A stretch of 61,788 bases of DNA, the filler included, from Dugesia japonica (taxonomy: Eukaryota): NCBI GenBank assembly GCA_001938525.1. It is 6 parts of 6 records of this genome, joined end to end, with 100 filler letters (N's around TTAATTAATTAA, not from the genome) between each part and the next. Parts side by side here need not be neighbours in the genome. Positions count along the whole stretch, not along the records: positions 11,283 to 19,886 come from MQRL01585823.1; positions 19,987 to 30,932 come from MQRL01585044.1; 4 more parts are not named here. One strand, given 5' to 3'. How positions within the stretch are numbered: the first letter of the stretch is position 1; every line of letters starts with the position of its first letter. This document shows positions 12,506-25,951 of this stretch, piece after piece. The position numbers and the translations under genes were made by a program. The notes under the pieces were generated by a model. It had not been told where the DNA came from. It saw nothing but the letters and a program-made list of their open reading frames with translations, and ran no database searches.

Positions 12506-13491
12506 AAAATTAAGAATTTTNNNNNNNNNNNNNNNNNNNNNNNNNNNNNNNNNNNNNNNNNNNNNNNNNNNNNNNNNNNNNNNNNNNNNNNNNNNNNNNN
12601 NNNNNNNNNNNNNNNNNNNNNNNNNNNNNNNNNNNNNNNNNNNNNNNNNNNNNNNNNNNNNNNNNNNNNNNNNNNNNNNNNNNNNNNNNNNNNNNNNNNN
12701 NNNNNNNNNNNNNNTTATTAAACATTTGCCATCGTTTTTTGCATATTTATAAAACTTTTGATTGAATCTATTTATTTTGAGATTTTTGTGGACATATTTA
12801 ATTGTGTTAATTGTTATATATGGAAAATACTGTGATGGAAGTTGTTATTTAATTGATTATACTTACGTGAGTACTTTTCTCGTTTTTAGTGTGCTTACTA
12901 TATTAGTTGTGTATTAAACATTTTGTATTAAATATTTTGAAAAATAAAAATATTCATTATATTTTAGTGTTAACTATTTTCATTTATTATTAACAATTAT
13001 TATTGAAAATTAATTGAACGTAAATTATTCCTGAATATTATTTAAACTATATCTTAATATTATATTTATTAATAAGACTTATTATTTTTTTGCAAAAATT
13101 TTTAATTTAAGAATAATTAATTTTAAGAAATATTAATCAATAAAAATTTTGATTAAATTAATTTTCATAATCAATGGGTTGATTTAGGATTAAACCAAAG
13201 TAAATATTGTAAATTACTTTTTCCCATCCATAATTGGTGATTTAATGCATTTACTAATTTAAGTTTTAATTGAAAATATTGATTTATTTCTACTATTTTT
13301 TCAGCTATTTTAATTAAAAATTACGAGTTTTCTTCAAATGTTTATATGTAAAAATTAATTAAGACATCCAAAATATACTTATTTTCACATTAATTAAATT
13401 ATCTTTTTTTGATAAACTATTACAAAAGACTTCTGACATACAGTTCGAAATAATATCAAAAATGATACTTTTTATTTAATTTTACAATTAG

Positions 13492-13680
13492 GTAGAAGAA
13501 GAGAAACGGGAACAAATGATGGAGTTTCTTGATCATGAATTGGATGCAACGTCTGAAGATTTGGCGTTTTGTGCAGTAGGAGATCATCCATTATTTTATC
13601 CAGAAAATATGACTAAATCTTGCATGGATTTACAATTTCAAAACTTTAGTAAAAGCCCATTCTCAATTAATATTCACAAA
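13492..13680 (+). CDS. Candidate host exon (unknown protein)
   Basis: TTAG|...|GTAATT boundaries, 189 nt open: VEEEKREQMMEFLDHELDATSEDLAFCAVGDHPLFYP...IHK; in phase with the next exon. Confidence 0.6.
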
Positions 13681-14730
13681 GTAATTGATTTGTTAAAATA
13701 ATAATAATAATAATTTTGGGGTTTCCAACACAAAAGCTCGTAATTATATATTTAATTAATAAACTGCTACTAAACCGACCTAACTCTGATGATCAAATAA
13801 TGATAAGTCTGACAGTAAGTATACGAATTTTTCTAAAATATTAAATTGATTTAGAATATCTCCGAAATCAACACTAAGATTCTTAAAAAAAAACTTTATT
13901 GACGCTGCAAATTTTGATGAAATTTCTTGGGAATTAATTTTAAAATTATATTAAAATATTTTTAAAACTAAATAAATTACATTTTTTCTTTGATAATAAC
14001 TAAATTTTAATTAGTATTTTTACCGATTTTTCAACAAACAAACACACATAAAACACAATCAGAAAATATAACATATAACGCATGCAATTTTTATGACTTT
14101 CTATGAATTAACTGATTACTTTGGATCTTTAATAGCACACAAATACAATAAAAGAATAAAGTGTTGTCTTAGTTTTTGTAATTGAATACTCAAAGATGGT
14201 AAGTAAATTCTAGAATTTTTTCATTTTAATAATAATAACTTGAATAAATAAAAAAGTAATTTCCTGAAAAAACAATTGTCGAAATGTTTACTAACAACAA
14301 AACAAAATTACAAAAAACATTTTTATCGTTTCTTTTAATTTAATGAAATCTCTTAAATGATGAATGGTTAAATCCAACAATTATTCTTACCATAAATGTA
14401 TTTGTAAAAAAATTAAACCCTAAAAATAACTTATATAAACTAAACACTTAATTTTTTATTTTACTTTGTATGAGGGAGAGTTTTGTTTATACTGATAAAT
14501 TTTTACTATGAACAACCAAAGAATTTATAAGAGTTACATAGTTTGGACTGCTTGAATAATTTTAGAGTTCTAGATTTTATTTTAATTCTACTATTTTAAA
14601 AAATTTTTAAGAAAATTTATAAACAGTTTTTAAAATAAAGCGATTACAAATTCATAAAATATTAATCAAATACTTTTTAATTAATGATTTTAAAATCATC
14701 TTAGATTAAAATTTCCACTATTCTATAGAT

Positions 14731-15078
14731 CAGTGGTCCCCAACCTTTTTTTGATCATGGACCGGTCAGCGTTAAAAAATTTTCTCGCGGACCACTAAAG
14801 AGTTTTTTGATATTAATTTATTGACAAATTTAATTTAAACCTTTTATTTATCAAAAATTTAATTCATTTATGTGCCTCTCCTTATATTCGAATATAAAGA
14901 GGCTCCCTATATTCGAGGGAATTTGTAAATTTTAGGTTTAAAAAGTCAAAAATATGCGTTTTTCTCAACTTCTGTATATATTTGTGGGATGATAGTAGGT
15001 GAATTTCTCAAAAGTATATAAATGAATTAAACTGAAATGTCCCTGGGAACTCCACGAACTAGGGGTTGGAAACCACTG
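14731..15078. mobile_element. hAT/Charlie-type MITE (intronic)
   Basis: TIRs CAGTGGTCCCCAACC / GGTTGGAAACCACTG; flanks CTATAGAT / CCTTAGAC resemble a decayed 8-bp TSD. Confidence 0.75.
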
Positions 15079-15394
15079 CCTTAGACAACACATCCACTAC
15101 CCAGACATGGGGTTTCTTCAGTTTATTTAAGTGTTTATCGGCATGTTTATCGGGGCGTGTTTAATACACGTAGTTCCTTGTCTTTAAAATGTTTTGTGAA
15201 AACAAAACTAAATACCAATTAATTAATAAAATAAAATCTTATCACNAAATCTTAAAAAATTGGTCTTCATAATTATGATTTTTGCGAAATGTTCCTTGAT
15301 CTGAAAAGTTTTGGAACCTCCACACTAATGGTTTATGAATTATTGATCGCATTATATACTTTTATTATCTATTTTATTATCTTTTTATTATTAG

Positions 15395-15594
15395 GCAAGA
15401 AGTCTTCAGTGGAATATTAAATCTGATGTCGATAGAAATTTAATTACCGACGAAACAAAAGATTTAGATTTAAAAGAGAATAATTTAAATGAAAACAATC
15501 TCATAAATTCATGTATTTCTCTGCATAGAACCAACCGGTTTAAAGTAACTCAACATTCTAATATATTTAGAAAATTGATAGAAGAAAACAGAAA
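15395..15594 (+). CDS. Candidate host exon 2
   Basis: TTAG|GCA...AA|GTAAGA, 200 nt open in phase with 13492-13680 (ARSLQWNIKSDVDRN...). Confidence 0.55.
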
Positions 15595-15981
15595 GTAAGA
15601 ATTTTAATTAATTTCAATTTGATTAAATTAAACGACAAAGTTTAATTAGAATTTTGAATAAGTTGAACCACAATATATAATCATTTAATAAGAAACTAAC
15701 ATAAATAAGAATGCAGAATAAATTATTTAAATTCGGTAAACTGAATTGAAATTGAAAAAACAATTTATTTAAATAATATTTTATAATTACAATTATTGCG
15801 AGAATTATTGTTGACTTAACCATTAATCGCATGTGAGATTACATTAAAATAAAATAAATTTTGATCGAAGCTTTCTCTTTATTTTAATGAAATCTAAAAA
15901 CATCATTTAACAAATAAACGATGAAATTAAGAAACTTAATCCTATAATCATAAATTATTAAATTAAATAGTGGATTGGAAC

Positions 15982-17422
15982 AAGGGATTGCCTTCCCGGA
16001 CCAGTTTTACAATCCCGGGATTTCGAGATCCAAGATTTAATAATTCCGGAATTATAAAAACATTTATGAATTTGCTTTAGCATAGAAAGATATACAGCAT
16101 ATTTGCTATATAAATTGTATTATATAATGGACAGCTTTGTTATACAATGCCTATAAGGAATAATATATTGTTTATATGTTTATCTAATCTTAAAAAATTA
16201 GTAACAAGTGCAAAATAAACAATCTTCCAAAATACTAAATATATTTGTAATTCAAAAAGTAAGATGAAGTTTTTTTATATTTTCTATTCGTACAAAAGTA
16301 AATAGTATTAACAAAACAGAATTATATTTATCTATGCATAATCTATTATTTATCCTCGTTTTCTATTTGAAAATGTGCACATATATCTAAGGTATGATCC
16401 TGTAACTTACTTCTTATTATATTGTTCAAATACGCAGCTGCAGAAAACACCCGATCAGGTTCAATGCTTGTTGGTAGAATTGATAACAAATATTTATACA
16501 CTAATTGTGTTCTCAGATTCAACCATTTTCAAATTTATTTATTTCCTTCTTAATATTATCAATTAAATTAGTGGTCCGTGTTTGAAGTTTAGCAGTCTCC
16601 ATGCGCTTTTTCTTATTTCCTCTTGTAACTTTGTTTAAATGACAAGAGTGTTCGAATTGGCGATTCTTATTCATTATCTTCATCCAAAGTTGTTTCTTCA
16701 ACTTCATCATTACGAGAGGATTCAAAATTTTCTGTATATTTCAATCACTTTCTATATTTGAAGTACATAAATTCGCATCTTGCTTACATAATACATACAG
16801 CTAATTTTGTTGGCTCAAGTACTTCTATTATATTTGAAATAACCATAAAATCATTTTTGTTTAATGAAACAGGGTGATTTAAATCAAATAAAGCTTCTGT
16901 ATACATATTTTTTATTATAAGAAGCATTCCAAAATAAAATGAAATTCCATCTTGCTTTTCAATGCAAAATAAGTACAAGTTCTTTTCTTTTCTCTTCTTT
17001 AATATACTTCTGTAATATTGCATCATTTTATGTCGGGATCTATATGAAAGGAACTACTACTTTACAATCTTTCTTCACTAATTCATTGATATTTATTTCA
17101 TTGAAGAATATTTCTTTTACTTGTTTTTTGACTATTTGTTAGCTAAAGAGAATCTTGTTCNNNNNNNNNNNNNAAATATATCATCAGTATCATTCATCAG
17201 AATTATATACACTATCCATATCTTCAGTTTTTTCCAATAGTTTGAATTTGACCGTTTCCAAAGAACTATTTTTATACAGAACATCGCAAATCGCAAGGTG
17301 TATACCATGGACAACATACAACTGATGCTCAACCTCCATAAATTTAAAATTAATTATTATCCCGAAAATCCCGGGCTTTTCGGGTTTAGAAATCTACTGG
17401 TATCCCGGGATCGCAATTCCTA
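15982..17422 (-). mobile_element. Internally deleted hAT transposon with transposase remnants
   Basis: Perfect 8-bp TSD ATTGGAAC (15974-15981, 17423-17430); TIR AGGGATTGC/GCAATTCCT; subterminal CCCGGGA motifs; HGIHLAICDVLY, RWN, LEPTKLAV and PTSIEPDRVFSAA (dimerisation domain). Confidence 0.92.
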
Positions 17423-17465
17423 ATTGGAACACAAACTAAAATTCTCATTAGATAAAGTGTTTTAG

Positions 17466-17597
17466 CACGAAACCGAAAATGAGGAAATTACAGTTCAAAG
17501 AAAAATTAGTATAAATGGGTTTTCATTGCCAGCTGTTTCATTTCTCTTTGATTCACCGACAAAAAGTGTAAAATTGAAGAATTCTGAATTAAATTAA
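17466..17597 (+). CDS. Possible terminal host exon
   Basis: TTTTAG| then HETENEEITVQRKISINGFSLP...ELN* and AATAAA; phase does not match exon 2 directly. Confidence 0.3.
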   Translation, partial: HETENEEITVQRKISINGFSLPAVSFLFDSPTKSVKLKNSELN

Positions 17598-17668
17598 TTA
17601 ATAAAACTTTTAGATAAATAAAATAAACTTTATAAAATGGACTTGAAATAAATAAACATTTTGATTAA

Positions 17669-18214
17669 CCCTTTTCAGACCGCTCTCCTATATGTAGGCA
17701 ATGCTCTTATTTTTACATTTTTGCAATAAAAATTGAGTTTCTTTTGAAAAAATGCAATAAAATTTATGTGCCAACCTTCCCTCAAAATTCACAACTTTTT
17801 TATCGACAAAATGGATGGTTTTTTCTTTATAACTCCCGAATAACATAAAAAATGAGAAAACACACCGAAATGGAATTATTAGATTCCAAACTTATGTTAG
17901 TGGTAGAAATTTGCAATAACTTTGGTACTTCAAGATCAGAAAGAGTTTGGAAGGCCATTACAAGATGTTTCTCTGTGCAATTCAGCTTGTCATTTTGCTT
18001 CAATGATCCATGATAATTGTCAAAGATGTTTTATGTGTGTTAGAAGAGAGAAAAATGTCAATAAGAAGTCACTATTCGAATGTTCAGAATGTGAAGTTTT
18101 TTTGTGCATTATTGATTGTTTCAAAGATTTTCACAATTTAAAAGACTTTTAATTGATTTTTACTATAAATAAATAAATATGTTCTTTTAAAAAATTTTTA
18201 AAAGCCGGAATGGG
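17669..18214 (+). mobile_element. Non-autonomous piggyBac retaining the C-terminal cysteine-rich domain
   Basis: TTAA|CCCTT...ATGGG|TTAA; CQRCFMC...FECSECEVFLCIIDCFKDFH (17922-18152). Confidence 0.85.
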
Positions 18215-18255
18215 TTAAGTAATATTATTTTAAATAAATAGAATTTAAATAAATA

Positions 18256-19886
18256 ATGTTAATTCAACCAAACAAAGAAGCACGAAAGATATTAGTATCT
18301 AATAGACGAGCTTTCATGGCCGACGATTGGAATATTGGATGTACTATGCTCATGAAGCATAAAATAATAACGAAAGAAGAGCCAATCAATATAAGACCAT
18401 GGCGTCATCCGATGAACTTAGATGACGAAATTGAAAAAACACTACAGAACTTAGATGAGAACGGCATCATCAGGAAATGTAATTCAAGATGGAATATGCC
18501 ACTAGTTTGTATATGGAATAAAGAAAACAAAAGGCTGAGATTATGTTTAGACTTTCGCCAGCTGAACCAAATATTGGAGAGACATGCATATTCAATGTCA
18601 AGCACAGTGGAACTGCTAGATAGGTTAAATGGAGCCCGTTTTTTCAACACAATTGACATAGGCAATACATATTATCAGGTTAAATTGGAGGAATCATCAC
18701 AGGAAGAAATAGCGTTCTCAACCAAAAAAAAGGTCAATACTGTTTCACGAGAATGCCATTCGGAATTGCAGCAGCGCCATGTGCATTTCAGGAATTGATG
18801 ACAAATGTACTGGGAACCACACCTGGAGCAATGGTGTGTATGGATGATATTTTAATTTAATCCGATAATGCCACGGACCACTTCAAAACACTGGACACTG
18901 TGCTGAAAGAAGTATGAAAAGCTTGATTACGTATCAATCCCAAGAAATGCAGTCTCCTGCGGAAAGAGGTAAAGTTTCTAGGACATATCTTAGACGAAAT
19001 CGGCTTACCAATAGATCCTACAAAAATAGAAAGTATACAGAACTTCGAGAAGCTAAAATTTACAAAACAAGTCAGAAGCTTTCTAGGTATGCGTAACTAA
19101 TACTGAAAATTCATCAAGGAATATTCTGCAAAAGCCAAAGCATTAGAACAATTATGTGGCAGAAACAAAAGACAGGCTAATATGGTCACCCATATGCAAC
19201 GAGGCATTTCAAGAATTGAAACTGGCTTTAATAAAAACACCAGTGTTAAGTTTTCCAGACAGAAATAAAGATTTCATATTAGACACTGATGCAAGTTTTA
19301 ACAGCATTGGGGCTGTGCTATCACAACTGGATGAGAACGGTCGAGAAAGAATTATCGCGTATGGGTCCCATGCAATGAACGCGTATGAAAAAGGATATTG
19401 TATAACCAGGAAAGAATTGTTGGTAATATACTACTTTTGTAATAGTTTCCGACATTATCTAAACAGTAGATGATTCATCCTACGAACTGATCATAAGGCG
19501 ATAACCTTCAAGATAAAGACAAAGAAACCAATAACAGCGCAGTTTCAGAACTAGATAAAATACTAAAGTAGTTTGGATATGGATATTCAATACAGAAAAG
19601 GAGAAGGACATTCCAATGCGGACATGCTATCCAGAATGGAGTGTAAAATTTTTGTACAATGTGAAATGCAGCATAAAGAAACGATGACAGGTAAGATTAA
19701 AACACAAAGATTGTGTACGAAGACAACGGATACGGAGTTCAAATGGCAGAAGGATAATGTTGAAATAAAGAATATAAAAAGAGACATCAACGACAGAAGA
19801 AATTCAGAATTTATAATAAAAAAGGGATAGTCTGAACAAAAAGCGACAAAATATGGATTCCAAAAGAGAAACGATCAAAATGGATG
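18256..19886 (+). pseudogene. pol: Gypsy pol: RT, RNase H and start of the integrase region
   Basis: RLCLDFRQLN, RMPFGIAAAP, MDDILI, FLGHI, FILDTDASFNSIGAVLSQ, RTDHKA, HSNADMLSR; several frameshifts and stops. Confidence 0.93.
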
Positions 19887-19986
19887 NNNNNNNNNNNNNN
19901 NNNNNNNNNNNNNNNNNNNNNNNNNNNNNNTTAATTAATTAANNNNNNNNNNNNNNNNNNNNNNNNNNNNNNNNNNNNNNNNNNNN
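19887..19986. other. Artificial contig spacer
   Basis: 44N-TTAATTAATTAA-44N. Confidence 0.95.
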
Positions 19987-20352
19987 CAACATTTAAATGC
20001 TACTGCCATATCTTTATCGAAAAACATTGATTATCGAGAAACATATAATCAAGATTTTGATAACAATGATTATAGTACAACCTATATGCAAAGTGTTGTT
20101 TGAAATATGGGATATTTGGATAAGAATATGAATTGTGGAATAACACTTGAAGAATTTAAAAACAAGTATCCGTTTTTTACATTTGTACTTGCTCCGGATT
20201 TCGATATTAATCAGAGTCAATTACCACAACCAAGAAATTTGAGATAAGCTTTAAATTTTGCTTAAGCTTTGACTGCGCCAGCATATTTTATAATATATGG
20301 ATTATTTGAAAGCGAAATACAAATAAATGCTAATAGAACACTACTAGTGTAA
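19987..20352 (+). pseudogene. Polinton major capsid (hexon-like) C-terminus
   Basis: NCGITLEEFKNKYPFFTFVLAPDF...LNFA*ALTAPAYFIIYGLFESEIQINANR; matches the recalled Polinton major capsid tail and directly precedes the protease. Confidence 0.7.
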
Positions 20353-20382
20353 ACAATATCTAATAAAATCAAATAAAAAATT

Positions 20383-20759
20383 ATGAAGTAAGTTTTTTAT
20401 TTTATTTCAATATTTTTTACTTTATTAGTTCTTTTCAGATTAATCAAATTGGATTAAAATTGTTGGAATTGTCGTAGTTGGGAGTATATCCATTAGACAA
20501 ACTTCCATACTTTACAGTTAATAAAGCCTTAATCGTCAATACTGATAAATCAAATCTTGGTGGAGAACATTGGATAGCAGTTTATCATNNNNNNNNNNNN
20601 NNNNNNNNNNNNNNNNNNNNNNNNNNNNNNNNNNNNNNNNNNNNNNNNNNNNNNNNNNNNNNNNNNNNNNNNNATAACAAAATTAGATTTCAAAATCCGT
20701 TTACAACAACTTGCGGTCAACATTGTCTATTATGGCTTAAAAATCAACATTCTAGCTGA
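20383..20759 (+). pseudogene. Polinton adenain-like protease with predicted 41-nt intron (20388-20428)
   Basis: Spliced: MNSFQINQIGLKLLELS*LGVYPLDKLP...IVNTDKSNLGGEHWIAV...QNPFTTTCGQHCLLWL. Confidence 0.85.
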
Positions 20760-21319
20760 AAATCTTATGTAAAATTTTATACATTTTTTCAAATAACTGA
20801 AAACATTAGAATTTATTTACTTGATTTTTGTGAACATGATAATTTATTTGCTTAAAATTTTCAAACATTATATGTATTAAATGATTTTATTTTTTGAATC
20901 TTAATTAACATATTCATAAAAGTTTGAAGATTTTAAATATTTATTATTTATTAGTTATTATATTTATAGAAACTATTTATTAATATCTATTGCTTTTAAA
21001 ATATTCTACGATGTTTTATGAAAAATATATCTTTGCTTTTATGATTCTTTTTATTTTAAAGGCAATTTTCAATGATTTAAAAGAAATACTTTACATATTT
21101 TATTATTTAAAATATATATGCTACTTTTATTTTACAAAGAAGTCTTTGTTATAATTGCAATCATAATGCATATATATTGCAATTGTTGTTTTTTATATGT
21201 CACCAATCAGATTTAAATTAATATCATTTTTTCTTTTTAAAAAATATTATTATTTAACATGTTATTAAAATAAAATATTAATTTATTTAACATGATATTA
21301 AAATTAAATATTAATTTTA

Positions 21320-21472
21320 GAGCAATGTTCAAATTACAAGAACTACTGCTCCAATTCTTCCCATGAAACTGGTTGCCATAAAATAATGAAAATGTATTAT
21401 GGGCAAATGTTTTATGGGAAAAGGTACTACATATGTCCGACTTGTCGGTCTATAGAATTAGGAAAATATTAA
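21320..21472 (+). pseudogene. Possible RING-finger exon remnant
   Basis: TTTTAG acceptor; C..GCH..CPTCR pattern, degenerate. Confidence 0.35.
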
Positions 21473-21551
21473 AACATTATAGCTTGTATGCAGACCACCT
21501 AGCACAATTTACTAAACAATAAGCAAACACTATTAAAAATAATATTAAATA

Positions 21552-23457
21552 ATGGAATATCAGGCCCTGCATCAAAGAAAATAAAATCGAATGAACAGGA
21601 AACAATAATTATTCAAGATGAGGAACCAATGCAAGAGGAACCAATATTGATTGAAGATATGGAATCAATTCAAGAAGAACCAATATTGATTGAAGATATG
21701 GAATCAATTCAAGAGGAACCAATATTGATTGAAGATCATGAAGAGAAACCGATATTAATTGAGGATAGTGAAGAAACGATGGATGTTATTATGATTGAAG
21801 ATAGTGAAAAAGAGAATGACGTAGAAGATTGGAACAATTTTGAAGTGTAGTACGAGTATGACGCAAAAACGGACGATGGAGAAGATAATCACGTTGTTGA
21901 TTTGGATGATTGTATTGTCAGTGGATCATTAAGCGATGTGGTTATTGAAACGGATTTGTATCGTTGCTACCAGATATTAAAAGTAGACATCTCGTCATGG
22001 AATACGANNNNNNNNNNNNNNNNNNNNNNNNNNNNNNNNNNNNNNNNNNNNNNNNNNNNNNNNNNNNNNNNNNNNNNNNNNNNNNNNNNNNNNNNNNNNN
22101 NNNNNNNNNNNNNNNNNNNNNNNNNNNNNNNNNNNNNNNNNNNNNNNNNNNNNNNNNNNNNNNNNNNNNNNNNNNNNNNNNNNNNNNNNNNNNNNNNNNN
22201 NGATCAAGTTGGATTTTGAGCAGAATCCTTGAATTATTGTATATTAATATTAATAATCTATATGGTTGGGCATTAAGTCAGAAATTGCCTTATGCTGAAT
22301 TTAAGTGGGTCTATACAGGATTAGAAGACATTTTGGAAGAATGTAGATCAGCAGACCTGGACTCACTACCACATGGATTCACATTGGAGGTGGACATAGT
22401 TATTCCGGCCGGAATACAAAATAAATTAAACGCTTTACCTGTAGCAGCGGAACATCAATGCCCTCCAGGGTCAAAAGTGAAGAAATTACTACTTACTCAT
22501 TACCTGAAAATTAATTATGTAATTCACTGAAGGCTGCTGCAAATATACATACGATTGGGAGTACAGGTAACTAAGATTCATAAAGCAGTTAAATTCAAGC
22601 AAGCTGCGATTTTTGAATATTATATCAAAAAGAATACATTATTGAGATCACAATATACTACTGAATTGGAAAAAAATTATTATAAGTTGTTAAATAATAG
22701 TTTGTACGGTAAGTCTGTGGAAAATTTAAAGAAACGAATAAACTTTCGCTTGTGCAATTCAGCCAAGAAGTTGATGACCTATACATCAAAAGCTAGTTTT
22801 AGAAAATCAATAAAAATCGATCAAGACCTCATAGCTGTTCTTTTCAATAAGGATATTGTATGTTTCGATTGACCAAGCTACATCGGACAGACTGTACTGG
22901 ACCTATCAAAACTCCGAATGTATCAATTAGAATACAATCAGTGAAAAAAGTACAGGATAGAAGAAAAATGTATAATAAATATTGTAGCTGGCGATACGGA
23001 TAGTTTTTTCCTGGAGGTTAAAAATATAAGTTTGNAAAAACTAACCGGTTTAATGGTAAGAGATCAGTTATTGGATATATCCAATTATAGTACAAGTCAT
23101 CCCCTTTACTCAAACGCTTTAAACAGCGACATTGGAAAATTCAAGGATGAGAGTAAAGGTAAGAAATATAGCGAGTGGATATTTTTTAGGCCAAAGTGTT
23201 ATTGCCTACTTAGCGATAAGGAATCCATGAAAGCTAAGGGCATAACACTAAAAAATAGTGGAATCATACATCATTTATATCTTGACTGTTACAATAATAA
23301 TGCAATGGTCTTTGTAGATCCATTTCAAATATCTACTCGAAATCATCAACTGTACAGCATAACAAATAAAAAACTAGCTTTATCCAATATGTATGATAAA
23401 AGAAAGTGGTCGGAAAAAAATTTAAGCTTACCGTACGGATATTATAAATTAAATTAA
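21552..23457 (+). pseudogene. polB: Polinton pPolB (second lineage); exonuclease region missing at the N gap
   Basis: NNLYGWALSQKLP, KLLNNSLYGKSVEN, YIGQTVLDLSK, AGDTDSF, GKFKDE, KAKGI, YDKR, LPYG. Confidence 0.9.
21620..21775 (+). repeat. 39-bp coding tandem repeat (QEEPILIEDMESI) in the acidic N-terminal region
   Basis: Two near-perfect and two or three partial units. Confidence 0.85.
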
Positions 23458-23523
23458 AAAATAACATTTATAGTACTTTTTCCCATTTGTGATCTCAATA
23501 AAACATAAGCTTGTCTCAAATGG

Positions 23524-23940
23524 GTAAGAATTTCTATTTTGTTGTAAAACATAATATAGATTATTCTTTAGTATATATTCTTGATGTTGATCCTGCTGCT
23601 ACATATAATTCCTTCTGCTCCTATATTTTCAGATTCAACTTGATTACAACGGTAATAATTTATTTTTATTCTAAATATTAATAAAACTTTTCATTATTAG
23701 TATATTGCTACTGCTTTGTCTGCCTCTATTGCTCCTACCAATGCTTTATAGAAAATTGTAATGGTAATGACTTAATCTTTATTTTAAATATTATGTAAAA
23801 TAAATTATAGATTTTGTGTCTGCTCATGATGCAATGATGTTCCTGCTCGTTCATTTTAATATCGAATTGATCCGTACCGGTAAAAATATACTTTGACTTG
23901 TAAATATTATTAAATGTTTTTTCATTTTATTATATTTCAT
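23524..23940 (+). pseudogene. Micro-exon/intron array inside the Polinton
   Basis: GT-AG introns 23524-23571, 23652-23700 and 23764-23810, and a fourth donor at 23880; introns resemble one another. Confidence 0.45.
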
Positions 23941-24829
23941 TTAAAGAATAATTAAGAAGAAACTTATGAAGAAAATTATGAAGACAATTATGAAAGAAAA
24001 AAGAAAAAAAATGAGAACGAATATCGGTACTCTTTAGGACCACAATTTATGATTGTAAAATGTGTACCGGTTCTCGTTAGAACCAAAATAATTGATTTTT
24101 ATTTAAAGGTAACCAGGTATAGTTAATTGGAAGATTTGCAACATACATTTGTTGTGACTATTATGGATTATAATTACAGATAAGAATCCGGATAAGAAAG
24201 GGAACCAAATTGGTATATTGTTTTTATAAATATTATTTATTTTGTTATTATTTATTTAGTTAATAAATGAAAAAGTAAAGTTATTTTTATTATTATTATT
24301 TATATTATTAAAGTCAATTTTTTTAGTTCGTCAATATTGAAAAGAAAAGTTGAACTGGATAAAAATATATATATATATGAAAACGTATACTAGTCCTCTT
24401 ATGGACTAAAATTATTGATTGACAAAGAAATGCAACATGATTGCAAAAAATAAACAAGGAAGAATGCAAATCGGATGCAGATTTTACAAAGAAAATACAG
24501 CTGAGCGGTAACAATAAACAAAGAAAAAAGCAATATGGATTCAAAATCAACAAAGACATTTCAATACAGTAACATACTAGAAACAAATTTAATTTTATTT
24601 TCATTAATAATTTTGGATTTAGATTTATTTATAGACGACATGATTGAATTAAATGAAATCGCTTATTCATATGAAAATGAACAAAAACTTGTAAAAAATA
24701 GTCAAGGTAATAGTTAATTGTAAAATATGTATAATTAATTAATATTACATAAAATAATAACAAGATTTCCTAAAAAAATTTATTAAATAACAGAAAATTA
24801 TTAAATAACATTTAAGTTCAATTTTTTTC

Positions 24830-25690
24830 ATAGGATATCATGTGGTCCTTTTAGTATTTTGTATTGCAAATTAATTATAAATATTTAAATTAAATCTTGA
24901 TTAATAAAAATAAAGGTATTACCGCCAATTTTTCTTTCAATTTAACATTTGTGTTGTTTTCCAAACGCAAATGATAGTGATTGTAATTGTACACCAAGCT
25001 TGATTTCTTTTATTTGCTCTAGACTTTTATATTCTAAGTCAATATTTAAACCTTTTGTCACTTTTGTTTATATCTTCATCATAAATCTCGTTTGTTACAG
25101 TTCTTGGAGTAAGATTGAATAATTTTACTAAATTGAGCATCAGGAAACTTATGTTGTTTAATGAGTCCATATTGAAATCTAGTTTTTTGGCGGTTTCTTC
25201 TTTTCTTAATAATACCAAACTATCCAAAAATTGAATTTAAATCAAGGCTTGTAATCCAGTTTCAAGTTTATTCTCCAACCGATGTCGATAGAGTAATATC
25301 TCATTATTTGAAATCTCCTGAAAAGCATCCATGAACACATTAAGATTGTAAAAAGTCTTCAGATTGTCTGCTTTGTTGGCTTTGCATTCGCTTAGGAAAT
25401 CAATATAATTCAAGCTTACGTAGTTATCTACAGTATTCTTATTTAGAAGGGAAAGGATTTTCGGAATTTTGGATTTAACCATTTTTTCTTCAATCTCTTC
25501 ATTGTCTCGAACACAAATATCGATATTTTTNNNNNNNNNNNNNNNNNNNNNNNNNNNNNNNNNNNNNNNNNNNNNNNNNNCATTGTCTCGAACACAAATA
25601 TCGATATTTTTAATCATTTCTTCCTGTTTCAAAGATAACGGATTTATTTTGTCATATTTTAAAAATAATGATTTATTTCTAAATCATGAA
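24830..25690 (-). pseudogene. Polinton accessory ORF (unknown) with internal KNIDICVRDN repeat
   Basis: Collinear ORF pieces 25237-25632 and 25039-25227. Confidence 0.4.
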
Positions 25691-25882
25691 TTTATTTAAT
25701 TGTTGGTGTGTAAACGTGATTGTATGTAAGAATATTACTGAAATCGGATTGGCTAAAAATTGAAAATAGTTTTTATTGGTTGTTAAAACCTATATATATA
25801 TTATATGATATTTAACTAAAATCATTTGTTTTTCCAAACGTGTTTCAAAGTAATAGAAAAATTAATAGATGTTGAATGCGTT

Positions 25883-25951
25883 CATCAAAATGAAGACAAT
25901 CATCAAAATGAAAACAATCTTCAAAATGAAAACAATTATCAAAATGAAAAA
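25883..25951 (+). repeat. 18-bp tandem repeat x4 (HQNEDN-like)
   Basis: CATCAAAATGAA(G/A)ACAAT units. Confidence 0.75.

Noticed and set aside
9800-19886. gag-protease (9.8-11.2 kb) and pol (18.3-19.9 kb) as one element
   Set aside because: They lie in different contigs separated by a linker and unrelated sequence.
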